Assembly (NCBI GenBank): GCA_046542505.1
Contig: JBKHBH010000043.1
Coordinates: 1 to 15,359 of the forward strand
Reading direction: 5' to 3'
DNA from: Thermovirgaceae bacterium
GTDB lineage: Bacteria; Synergistota; Synergistia; Synergistales; Thermovirgaceae
DNA length: 15,359 nt
Position numbers and translations under genes: made by a program. This document shows, one piece after another, positions 1 through 7,978 of this stretch (within the stretch, counting starts at the first letter, position 1; each line of letters begins with the position of its first letter). The notes beneath the pieces were generated by a model, which searched no databases, was not told the origin of the DNA, and was given only the letters and a program-made list of their open reading frames with translations.

Positions 1-76
1 GAAAGTCGTACATGGCCCGGGGAACACACTCGGGCTTGGGCCACGTGGTGGCCCCGTTGTTGAGGTATATGGCCAT
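1..76 (-). CDS. Aminotransferase class V / cysteine desulfurase-family protein, N-terminal fragment (runs off the window edge)
   Basis: Manual translation from ATG at 76: MAIYLNNGATTWPKPECVPRAMYDF, matching the family N-terminal motif IYLDNAATTxPKP. SD AAGGAG (85-90, minus) lies 8 nt upstream. Not in the ORF track because it is truncated. Confidence 0.85.
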   Translation of the reverse strand, partial: MAIYLNNGATTWPKPECVPRAMYDF

Positions 77-114
77 ATCCAGGTCTCCTTTTTTGAAAAA
101 TTTGATTCGTGCCT

Positions 115-123
115 ATTGTAGCA
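115..123 (-). promoter_or_regulatory. Putative extended -10 promoter (TGcTACAAT) for the aminotransferase gene
   Basis: Plus strand ATTGTAGCA reads TGCTACAAT on minus, about 40 nt upstream of the ATG; no clear -35. Confidence 0.45.
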
Positions 124-242
124 CTCTCTTTCGACACGTTCCGGCGATCGGTCATCATGGCCGGAATTGTATAGATGGAGAAAAATTCTTCCGGGAGGAG
201 GGATGGCCCGCCCTCGGCGGCAAGGAGGTCAGCGAAGTCTCG

Positions 243-272
243 AAGGAACTGTTGGCAAAGGAACCGTTGGCA
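243..272. repeat. 15-bp tandem direct repeat, 2 copies
   Basis: AAGGAACTGTTGGCA (243-257) and AAGGAACCGTTGGCA (258-272), 14/15 identical. Confidence 0.7.
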
Positions 273-430
273 CCGGAGTCTTCCTTGAAAAAAAGGGGCG
301 ACGAAAAAGTTGATCAAGCCTGACTATTTTGACCCTGCCATGCTCTGCGCCAGGCAAGAGGTCCGCCTTTCGGGCTCTTTGTGCATAAGGGTGGAAAACC
401 CTTAAAAACCATGCAGGAAGGCCTGGCGGA

Positions 431-1447
431 TCAGCTTTCGTCTTTGGCGGCGTCGGGGAAAATATCCCCAAGAGTGAGTCCTGTTTCCTGCTGCTGTTCG
501 TCTGCGGAGCGGATTGCGGACAGAAGGGAGGCACGGATCTGTTGGGGGCTATAGTGGGGCGGGAAAGAAAGGGCGGCCGCATCACCATGGCCCCCGCCGC
601 GGATCCTGTCTCCGTCTTTGAGAAGTCCGACAATCCTGCCAGCAAGCCCTTCCCTGCTTCTGAGGGACACGCTCCAGTCCCCGGCGAATTTCCTGTTGCA
701 AACCGCTGCCATTCGCGGCGGATCGTCCATCCTGTCAAGGATGAGTCCGCTGAAATCCGAGACATCGCCGAATTCAAGCAACCCCGGGTCCACGAAAAGA
801 AGATCCTTCCCTTCCCGCCGGACCGATTCCAGGGCCAGGTGGAACCGTTTTTCCTGACGTTTTACGAATTCTTCAGCTTCGGTTTCTTCCGCCCGCTGCA
901 GCTTCGATGACGGGTCGGCGACGAGACGACAGAAGACGCTCCAGTGTCCCGATAGCGTGACCAAGGCATGCCAGAGTCGACCCTCCCTCCGTTTCCCTAT
1001 CCAGAGGTCCCTGTCGTTGGCGATTTCCACAAGATCGGCCATACGGGAAACACGCTCTTTCGGTGCCCTTTCAAGGCCGCCTTCCTGGAGAACCCACCGG
1101 TAATAGACCATAGCGGCGCAGCAGGAGGTATCCACCACCGACCAGGGCCTCCGCCCGTACCTTTCCAGTGTTGACTTGTGGTGATCGAACACCCGCGGTG
1201 CATTTTCGTGGGAGAACCGTTCATCCATGGCGTCGACGGTCTGTCGCCGCTGGCAGAAAAGATCCGTTACGAGGAAATCTTCTTCTTTTTCGAGACATTC
1301 CATAATCCGGTTATCCACATCTCCATACCCGGTGAGGCTTACAATCATCGGCCTTCTCTTTGGAAAGTTCGCATGCCATGCCAGCGCGGCAGCGGTGATG
1401 CCGTCAAGGTCTGTATGGCTGATAATATGGAGAGGGCGTGAAGACAT
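431..1447 (-). CDS. DHH/DHHA1-family phosphoesterase, NrnB-like nanoRNase (338 aa)
   Basis: Motifs SHTDLDG, TD, FDHHKS, DRDLW, SLRS and GGGH. Start moved to ATG 1447 (MSSRPLHIISH), preceded by SD AGGGAG at 1457-1462; the track's 39-aa extension runs into the DnaA-box region. Confidence 0.85.
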   Translation of the reverse strand: MSSRPLHIISHTDLDGITAAALAWHANFPKRRPMIVSLTGYGDVDNRIMECLEKEEDFLVTDLFCQRRQTVDAMDERFSHENAPRVFDHHKSTLERYGRRPWSVVDTSCCAAMVYYRWVLQEGGLERAPKERVSRMADLVEIANDRDLWIGKRREGRLWHALVTLSGHWSVFCRLVADPSSKLQRAEETEAEEFVKRQEKRFHLALESVRREGKDLLFVDPGLLEFGDVSDFSGLILDRMDDPPRMAAVCNRKFAGDWSVSLRSREGLAGRIVGLLKDGDRIRGGGHGDAAALSFPPHYSPQQIRASLLSAIRSADEQQQETGLTLGDIFPDAAKDES

Positions 1448-1495
1448 CGGGTAACACTCCCTTGCATAGTCGTAGCTCAAAGTCAGTTTTTTCTC

Positions 1496-1501
1496 ATTAT
1501 A
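1496..1501 (-). promoter_or_regulatory. Putative -10 element (TATAAT) of the DHH gene
   Basis: Perfect TATAAT on minus about 50 nt upstream of ATG 1447; a DnaA box (1522-1530) overlaps the expected -35 position. Confidence 0.45.
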
Positions 1502-1521
1502 CCTTCTCGAGATTCCCCTGG

Positions 1522-1700
1522 TTTTCCACAGCGTGGACAAGTATGTGCATAACCCACATTGCATGCTCCATCAATTTCGTCAAAATTGGTCATTCTCCCT
1601 GACTCTTTGGCATATCCGAAATTCCGGAGTTTCTGGCTCCTCTTTTTTTCCACAAGCCCAATCAGAGAATTGTGTATATGTGGATAAAAACTGTGGATAT
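1522..1700. promoter_or_regulatory. DnaA-box cluster upstream of dnaA (left part of origin / dnaA autoregulation)
   Basis: TTTTCCACA 1522-1530, CGTGGACAA 1532-1540, TGTGCATAA 1544-1552, TTTTCCACA 1646-1654, TGTGTATAT 1671-1679, perfect TGTGGATAA 1679-1687, TGTGGATAT 1692-1700. Confidence 0.85.
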
Positions 1701-1703
1701 TTC

Positions 1704-1714
1704 TGTGGTACTAT
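1704..1714 (+). promoter_or_regulatory. Putative dnaA promoter, extended -10 (TGTGgTACTAT)
   Basis: TG-n-TACTAT at 1706-1714, about 50 nt upstream of the dnaA ATG and directly downstream of DnaA boxes. Confidence 0.55.
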
Positions 1715-1765
1715 TGTTCTCGCTCACCGGATTTCCTACGTTCTGGACGAGGGGGAAGAGCAAAA

Positions 1766-3088
1766 ATGAAAGACACGACCGCCCAGGCATGGGATTCTTT
1801 GCTGGCCGACGCCCAGGAAAAACTTCCCAAAGGGGCGACGGATATCTGGCTGAAAACCTGCTTGCCCCTTTCCCTCGAGGAAGGGACTTTTGTTCTTGAC
1901 GTCCCGAACGTTTTCGTCAAGGAACAGATTCAGAACCGTTTTCTCGAAAAACTCGAAGAAATGGCCCGGGAAAAAAACATCGCCAGTAAAGTGGTCCTCC
2001 AGGTAGGTTCAGGCGCCCGCAAGGAAGAAATCCAGCGCGCAGAAAAACTCGGGAAGATGGCCCCAAGACCTGTCAACGGCCTGAATTCCGATTACCAGTT
2101 CGATTCCTTCGTCATCGGCAAATCGAACAGGCTTGCTCATGCTGCGAGTCTGGCCGTCGCCGAATCCCCCGGCGTGGCCTACAACCCCCTTTTCTTCTGG
2201 GGCGGTGTCGGCCTGGGGAAAACCCATCTCATGCACGCCATCGGCAATTACGTCCTCCGCAACATAGAGGGAGCAAAAGTTGCCTATGTGAGCTCCGAAA
2301 AATTCATCAACGAATTTATCCTGTCCATCCAGAACAACAAGACCCATGAATTCAAGCAGAAGTTCCGGAACGTAGATGTCCTTCTCATCGACGACATTCA
2401 TTTTCTGGCCAACAAGGAAAGCACCCAGGAGGAGTTTTTTCACACCTTCAACAGCCTTCACGATGCAAAAAAGCAGATCGTCATCAGTTCCGACAAGCCT
2501 CCGAAAGACATCCACCATGTCGAGGAACGTCTCGTCAGCCGTTTCGAATGGGGCCTGGTGACAGACATCCAGCCACCGGACCTGGAAACCCGCATCGCCA
2601 TTCTCAAAAAGAAGGCGGCAATAAAAAACTACGAGGTCCCCGAGGATGTCGTCGACTTTCTCGCCCAGAATATTCCGAGCAACATCAGGGAACTCGAGGG
2701 ATCTCTTAACAGCGTCATGTTTTTCTCGGACCTCAACAACGAGCCCGTTACCGTGGAGAACGCCTCAAAATGGCTCAAGGATGTCCTTCGCCGAACTTCC
2801 AAGGGTCCTGTCAGCATCGAAATGATCCAGCAGGTCACCTCGGAAACCTTTGGGATCCCCATCAGTGCGCTCACAAGCAACAAAAGAACATCCGAGATCG
2901 CCCTGGCACGACAGGTTGCCATGTATATCAGCAGGGAGCATACCGACTCAAGCCTGCAGCACATCGGGTATGCCTTTAACCGGAAGGACCATACCACCGT
3001 TTTACACGCCTGCAAAAAAATCAATGAAGCCTGCAAGAAAGACCTTCGTGTCCGTCATATTGTGGAATCTATAAGGGAAAAGTTGTGA
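1766..3088 (+). CDS. dnaA: Chromosomal replication initiator protein DnaA
   Basis: YNPLF, Walker A GGVGLGKT, Walker B LLIDD, TQEEFFHTFN, RLVSRFEWGL, NIRELEG, and domain IV signature RQVAMY...KDHTTVLHA; SD GAGGGGG upstream. Confidence 0.99.
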   Translation: MKDTTAQAWDSLLADAQEKLPKGATDIWLKTCLPLSLEEGTFVLDVPNVFVKEQIQNRFLEKLEEMAREKNIASKVVLQVGSGARKEEIQRAEKLGKMAPRPVNGLNSDYQFDSFVIGKSNRLAHAASLAVAESPGVAYNPLFFWGGVGLGKTHLMHAIGNYVLRNIEGAKVAYVSSEKFINEFILSIQNNKTHEFKQKFRNVDVLLIDDIHFLANKESTQEEFFHTFNSLHDAKKQIVISSDKPPKDIHHVEERLVSRFEWGLVTDIQPPDLETRIAILKKKAAIKNYEVPEDVVDFLAQNIPSNIRELEGSLNSVMFFSDLNNEPVTVENASKWLKDVLRRTSKGPVSIEMIQQVTSETFGIPISALTSNKRTSEIALARQVAMYISREHTDSSLQHIGYAFNRKDHTTVLHACKKINEACKKDLRVRHIVESIREKL

Positions 3089-3309
3089 AAACATACCTGT
3101 TTTCTGTGGATGAGGGTGCATAAGACAGAGGTCTTTTTCAGGAGGATTTTTTACCGGGGGAAAATGTGTATAACCATCCTTTGAAAAAACAGCCGTTTTC
3201 CACAGAGCTTTTCCCCGGGTTTTTCCTCTTTTTTCTCCTTTTCCACATTTTTCACACCCTTACTACTAGACCTACTTCTTTTTTCAATATATAAGAGAAT
3301 ATAAAAGAA
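3089..3309. other. oriC: DnaA boxes plus DNA-unwinding element (DnaA-trios, AT-rich tract)
   Basis: Boxes TGTGGATGA 3105-3113, GGTGCATAA 3115-3123, TGTGTATAA 3165-3173, TTTTCCACA 3196-3204, and tandem TTTTCCACA/TTTTTCACA 3239-3256. These are followed by CCC, then TTA CTA CTA GAC CTA CTT CTT (3260-3280) and an AT-rich tract to about 3309, all between dnaA and dnaN. Confidence 0.9.
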
Positions 3310-3324
3310 GGGAGTGATATCCAT

Positions 3325-4467
3325 ATGAAACTCCTCATCAACAAGCCGGTCTTTCTCCGCAGCTGGCAACTCGCGGAGCGAAGCGTCGGCTCCAGAAGCG
3401 CCTTGACTGTTCTCACAGGAGTTCGCTGTACTGCTGACGACGAGAAGGTCACTCTCCAGGCGACGGATTTGAAAACTTCAATTACATGCAGGGCCGACGG
3501 GGTGGATATCGAAAGTGCAGGTGAATCCGTGTTCCCCGTACGCGTCGTCGGGGAACTCTTCAAAAAGGCGCCGTCAGAAGCCTTTTCCGTTGAAGTCAAG
3601 GACGGAAAGGCACAGATCGTGTGCAGTGAGAAGAACAAGTACACCTTTACGACCTATCCCGTGGAGGAATTCCCGAAACTTCCCGCCTCCGACGGAGCGT
3701 CTCCCTTCTTTGAAACGACGGCAGGGGAAATGAGAAGGCTCCTCGAGGAAGGCACCTTCGCCGGATCCCCGGGAGAGGAATTTCCGCAGTACTTGAGTGC
3801 CGGGTTGTTCCAGGTCAAGGAGGGCTCCATCCGGGTTGTTTCCACAGATGGGAGAAGGCTGTCCCTTTCCCAATCGCCAGTGGAAAGACCGGGGGAAAAC
3901 GAGCAGGTGTTGCTTCCCCTGACGGGTCTCAAGGAACTGATGCGGGTTCTCGTAGCCCAGGATGAAGACATCCAGGTCACGGTAAAGATTGACGACGCCC
4001 AGGCGTATTTCATCGCAGGAGAGCTGGAATTTGCCGTAAGAAGGGTGGAATCAAGATTTCCCCCATATGAAAAGATTTTGGCTCCGGAAAAGACGACGTG
4101 GATGATAGTTGACAGAAACCACTTCATTGAAGCCCTTGAGCGAGCGGAAATCATAGTCAGGGATTACAGCAGGATGGTTATTTTCAACCTCTCTCCCGGA
4201 GGGGCGCTGCAGGTTGAATCACGAGCGCCCGAGATAGGCGAGGCAATAGAGGACGTGGCGGCGGAGGTGGACGGTGAGTCCCTCAGGGTAGCCTTTAATG
4301 TGAAGTATCTTCTTGAAGGCCTCAAGGCCCTTCACGGAAATGTAGCCCACCTGACCTTCAATGGGCCCAACGGGCAAATGCTTTTGTCCAAGCCCAACGA
4401 AGACAGTTTCATGTACGTGCTTATGCCAATCACGCTGCCGGAGGAAGAGGAGTCAACTCCTGACTAA
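3325..4467 (+). CDS. dnaN: DNA polymerase III beta sliding clamp
   Basis: 380 aa; LQATDL, EEFPKLP, VSTDGRRL, FPPYEKIL, AFNVKYLLE, YVLMPI; follows dnaA; SD AAGGGAG 3308-3314. Confidence 0.98.
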   Translation: MKLLINKPVFLRSWQLAERSVGSRSALTVLTGVRCTADDEKVTLQATDLKTSITCRADGVDIESAGESVFPVRVVGELFKKAPSEAFSVEVKDGKAQIVCSEKNKYTFTTYPVEEFPKLPASDGASPFFETTAGEMRRLLEEGTFAGSPGEEFPQYLSAGLFQVKEGSIRVVSTDGRRLSLSQSPVERPGENEQVLLPLTGLKELMRVLVAQDEDIQVTVKIDDAQAYFIAGELEFAVRRVESRFPPYEKILAPEKTTWMIVDRNHFIEALERAEIIVRDYSRMVIFNLSPGGALQVESRAPEIGEAIEDVAAEVDGESLRVAFNVKYLLEGLKALHGNVAHLTFNGPNGQMLLSKPNEDSFMYVLMPITLPEEEESTPD

Positions 4468-5529
4468 ATGATTTGTAGATACGTGCAATGGAGGAATTTC
4501 CGCAACCTGAAGCCCCAGCGCCTGGAATGGGCGAAGGGGCTTCATTTGCTTGTAGGGGAAAACGCCGCCGGGAAAACCAACTCCCTTGAGGCTCTGCACA
4601 TTCTGACGGGATGGGGCCCCTTCGGGAATTCCAGGGTGAACGACCTTGCAACCTGGGCCGGGCCCGAAGAATGTTTTTTGGGAGCATGTTTCGAGGGTGA
4701 GGAGACCGTCGAGGTTGGAGTGGGAATATCGGGAAGGACCCGGATGAAAATGGACGGCAGGACATGCAGGGCGACGGATATGCGCATGAGGGTGCCGTCT
4801 CTGTCGTTTCTGCCGGAGGACATGTCCCTTATAGAAGGGTCCCCTTCGGTAAGACGGCGTTTCCTGGACAGGATTTGCGCCCTTTTGTTTCCATTGTACG
4901 CGCCGCGGCTTCATGAATACCGTAGAGCCGTCAGGCAAAGGACGGCGGCCATAAGATCCGGACGCGGAGTCTCCGTCGCTTCACGTGCCATGGCCCCGCT
5001 GGCTTCCTGGATATGGAACTCCAGGGCGGCAGCGGTGGATCTCGTAAAATTGGGGATGGAAGCCTGCAGCGTCTTGGTCCCCGGTAAGGTGGGGATTCAT
5101 CTTGTGCGGGGAGGATCTTCTGGAATCGAAGACGGGATGGAGGACTTCTGGAAGGGACTTCACCGTCTCAGGGAGAAGGAGGACAAAATAGGCGTCTGCC
5201 TTGTAGGTCCGCACCGGGATGACCTGATTATATCGAGTGGGGAACGCCAGGCCGCAGAAACCTTCAGCAGGGGGCACAGAAGGCGTGCCGCCGTAGCTCT
5301 TTTGATAGCAGCGGGATGGGCGGTGGAAAGGAAGACCAGACGCAAGCCGCTGCTTCTTTTAGACGAAGTCATGGCGGAACTTGACACGGGAGGGCGTGAA
5401 AAAATGATAGAGGCCCTTGTGGAGAGGGAGTGGCAGACTTTTGTGACTACCGCCGAGGACTGCACGCCTGTGTGGCCCGGATCCGTCTGGAGAGTAAAAA
5501 ACGGGCACCTCATGCCGGATGGGGAATGA
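4468..5529 (+). CDS. recF: DNA replication/repair protein RecF
   Basis: NFRNL, Walker A GENAAGKTN, GSPSVRRRFLD, GPHRDDL, Walker B LLLLDEVMAELD; abuts the dnaN stop. Confidence 0.95.
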   Translation: MICRYVQWRNFRNLKPQRLEWAKGLHLLVGENAAGKTNSLEALHILTGWGPFGNSRVNDLATWAGPEECFLGACFEGEETVEVGVGISGRTRMKMDGRTCRATDMRMRVPSLSFLPEDMSLIEGSPSVRRRFLDRICALLFPLYAPRLHEYRRAVRQRTAAIRSGRGVSVASRAMAPLASWIWNSRAAAVDLVKLGMEACSVLVPGKVGIHLVRGGSSGIEDGMEDFWKGLHRLREKEDKIGVCLVGPHRDDLIISSGERQAAETFSRGHRRRAAVALLIAAGWAVERKTRRKPLLLLDEVMAELDTGGREKMIEALVEREWQTFVTTAEDCTPVWPGSVWRVKNGHLMPDGE

Positions 5530-7451
5530 AAGGCAAGATGAGAAACATGAAAAATGGAAGAGAATATGACGTTATCGTTGTAGGGGCGGGACACGCCGGG
5601 TGCGAGGCGGCATTGGCATCGGCACGCATGGGGGAACGGACACTCCTTTTAAACCTGTATTTGGACAACATGGCCCTTATGGCCTGCAATCCCTCAATAG
5701 GGGGTCCGGCCAAGGGACATCTGACCCGGGAGATAGACGCCCTCGGCGGGGAACAGGGACGGGCCACGGATGCCACGACGATTCATATCCGGTGGCTCAA
5801 CACGTCGAAGGGCCCGGCGGTGCGGACCCTCAGGGCACAGTGCGACCTGGGCGCCTACCACAGGTGGTATAAAAGGGCCTGTGAAGAGGAGCCGAATCTT
5901 TGCCTGCGTCAGGAACAGGTAACGGACCTCTGGGTGGAGGACACAAAGGTGCGCGGGGTGAAGACACAACTGGGAACCGTTTATGAGGCACCTGCGGTGA
6001 TATTGACCACGGGCACCTACCTCGGGGGAAGGGTTTTCATAGGAACCACGTCCTTTCCTTCAGGCCCTCTCGGACAGATGGCGGCCACGGAACTGACGTC
6101 GTCCCTAGAAAGGGCGGGACTTAAGTTGGGCCGTCTCAAGACTGGAACGACGCCGAGGATTCATTCCGGTACAGTGGACTGGAAAAGCCTTGACCGACAG
6201 GAGAGTGCCCCGGAGCCATTGAGGTTCAGTCATTGGGGCGAAAAGAAACAATACGAGGGGTTCGCCTGCTACCTGACGAGGAGCACCGGCGAGACCCACG
6301 ACATCATAAGGGCCAACCTTGACCGCTCGCCTCTTTTCTCCGGGGTCATAAAGGGAGTGGGCCCCAGATACTGTCCTTCCATTGAAGATAGAGTAGTGCG
6401 CTTTCCCGACAAGCCGAGCCATCTTGTCTTTCTCGAACCCGTAGCGGCTGAGAGCGCCGAAATCTACATGCAGAACTTCACCACGAGCCTGCCTTTCGAC
6501 GCCCAGGTCAGGATGGTTCGTTCTCTCCCCGGGTGTGAACAGGCGTGGATCATGAGACCCGGGTACGCCATAGAGTACGATTACCTTCCGCCGACACAGC
6601 TTTATCCGTGGCTCGAGTCGAAATACATTTCGGGACTGTTTTGCGCCGGGCAAATCAACGGGACCTCGGGCTACGAAGAAGCCGGCGCTCAGGGAATTCT
6701 GGCGGGGATAAACGCCGTGCTCAGGCGTCGGGGGGAGGATCCCCTGGTCCTGGAAAGGTCCCAGGCTTATGCCGGTGTTTTGGTGGACGACCTGGTCACA
6801 CGCGGGACGGAGGAACCCTACCGGATGCTTACCAGCCGCTGTGAATTCAGACTTCTGCTGCGTCATGACAATGCCGACAGGCGCCTCGCTCCCATCGGGC
6901 GCAAGCTGGGCCTTGTGGACGATGAACGATGGGCCGAACTGACCCGGAGCTGGAAGGACATGGAAGAGGAAATAAAACGGCTTGAAAACCTGAAAATTCC
7001 CGCCGGCGACAGGACAAACGCCGTTCTTGAGGCTGCCGGGTCCTCCCCCCTGGACGAGACGGCGAGGGCCTCGGAGCTTCTAAAACGACCGGAGGTGACC
7101 TGGGGCATGATCGCCGAGCTGGCTCCGCCGCCGAAAGGGCTTGACGAAGAGATCACCAGCGCCGTCTCGGTGGAGATAAAATATGAAGGGTACATCGACA
7201 GGCAGAGACGGCAGGTGGAAAGGATGAAAAAGATGGAACGGGTTCTTCTCCCGGAAGATTTCGACTATGATGACGTCCCTGGTCTGTTGTCGGAGAGCCG
7301 GCAAAAACTGAAAAAACTCCGCCCGCGAACGCTCGCACAGGCGGGGCGGATCTCGGGCGTGACGCCTGCGGATCTTCACATCCTCTGGGTGGCCCTGGAG
7401 CACGGCAGACGGCGGGAGAAGGCAGGAAAGCATGCGGTGCTGGAAGAATGA
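5526..7451 (+). CDS. mnmG: tRNA uridine-5-carboxymethylaminomethyl(34) synthesis enzyme MnmG (GidA)
   Basis: YDVIVVGAGHAGCEAA, CNPSIGGPAKGHL, RLKTGTTPR, GPRYCPSIED, AGQINGTSGYEEA, EPYRMLTSR, RISGVTPAD. Start taken at ATG 5526 (ATGA overlap with recF stop); 5538 or 5547 are alternatives. Confidence 0.97.
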   Translation: MKGKMRNMKNGREYDVIVVGAGHAGCEAALASARMGERTLLLNLYLDNMALMACNPSIGGPAKGHLTREIDALGGEQGRATDATTIHIRWLNTSKGPAVRTLRAQCDLGAYHRWYKRACEEEPNLCLRQEQVTDLWVEDTKVRGVKTQLGTVYEAPAVILTTGTYLGGRVFIGTTSFPSGPLGQMAATELTSSLERAGLKLGRLKTGTTPRIHSGTVDWKSLDRQESAPEPLRFSHWGEKKQYEGFACYLTRSTGETHDIIRANLDRSPLFSGVIKGVGPRYCPSIEDRVVRFPDKPSHLVFLEPVAAESAEIYMQNFTTSLPFDAQVRMVRSLPGCEQAWIMRPGYAIEYDYLPPTQLYPWLESKYISGLFCAGQINGTSGYEEAGAQGILAGINAVLRRRGEDPLVLERSQAYAGVLVDDLVTRGTEEPYRMLTSRCEFRLLLRHDNADRRLAPIGRKLGLVDDERWAELTRSWKDMEEEIKRLENLKIPAGDRTNAVLEAAGSSPLDETARASELLKRPEVTWGMIAELAPPPKGLDEEITSAVSVEIKYEGYIDRQRRQVERMKKMERVLLPEDFDYDDVPGLLSESRQKLKKLRPRTLAQAGRISGVTPADLHILWVALEHGRRREKAGKHAVLEE

Positions 7452-7935
7452 AATCGACCAGGCCCTCAAGCCGGCCAAATCGGTCATTGAGGAAGCCCTG
7501 ACGCCGGAGATACGGAGGGGCCTTGCCGTGGCAGGAATGGCATTTGCCTGGGCCGGGATCGTGGGGGACAAGCTCGCCCGACGGACGGCGCCGGAAAAGA
7601 TCGAAAAAACGGTCCTGACCGTTGTCGCTTCAAACGGGGCCTTTGCCCAGGAGATCTCCATGCGTGGCGGCTCCATCGCCAGGGAAATAATGGAGCGGTG
7701 GGGAATAGAAGTCACGTCCGTCAAGGTTCGGGTCGGTCGGCTCCCCGGGAAGAAGGGACAGAAAAGGACGGGCAGAAGGCAAAAGGAGAAAATCAAGGTG
7801 CCGGAAAAGGCCTTGCAGGCCTCGCGCAGCGAGATCGACAGGACCGTAGGCCGGGAGGACGCCGAAGAGGCTTTGGCACGACTCATGGCGCTTTACCGGA
7901 CGCGGTTCGGAAGCCGTGACGGCGAGTCCCGGTAG
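7432..7935 (+). CDS. dciA: DUF721 / DciA-family protein (putative replicative helicase operator)
   Basis: Pattern W..IVG..LA..T.P..I....L.V...NGAFAQEI typical of DUF721, followed by a K/R-rich tail and helical C-terminus; lies in the dnaA-dnaN-recF operon; overlaps mnmG by 20 nt. Confidence 0.8.
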   Translation: MRCWKNEIDQALKPAKSVIEEALTPEIRRGLAVAGMAFAWAGIVGDKLARRTAPEKIEKTVLTVVASNGAFAQEISMRGGSIAREIMERWGIEVTSVKVRVGRLPGKKGQKRTGRRQKEKIKVPEKALQASRSEIDRTVGREDAEEALARLMALYRTRFGSRDGESR

Positions 7936-7978
7936 CAGGACGGCTTGACGGGACTTTCGGCAGAAAGGGCGGATAGCC

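Noticed and set aside
243..272. Tandem repeat as a CRISPR remnant
   Set aside because: Only two abutting 15-bp units, no spacer, no cas genes.
252..285. TTGGCA/TGGCAC as sigma54 -24 elements
   Set aside because: No TTGC at the required -12 spacing.
12..323. 103-aa plus-strand ORF
   Set aside because: Overlaps the antisense aminotransferase start and its promoter; no recognisable motif or SD.
450..490. DHH C-terminal LTLGDIF as a beta-clamp binding motif
   Set aside because: Does not match QL[SD]LF.
5260..5290. RecF signature region FSRGHRRR deviating from the usual SxGQ
   Set aside because: Single substitution with Walker A and B intact; not enough to claim altered function.
5430..5525. 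N-terminal extensions in the ORF track (mnmG 5430, also corA 14109 and DHH 1564)
   Set aside because: They overlap upstream genes or regulatory DNA; downstream ATGs fit family N-termini and SD or coupling signals.
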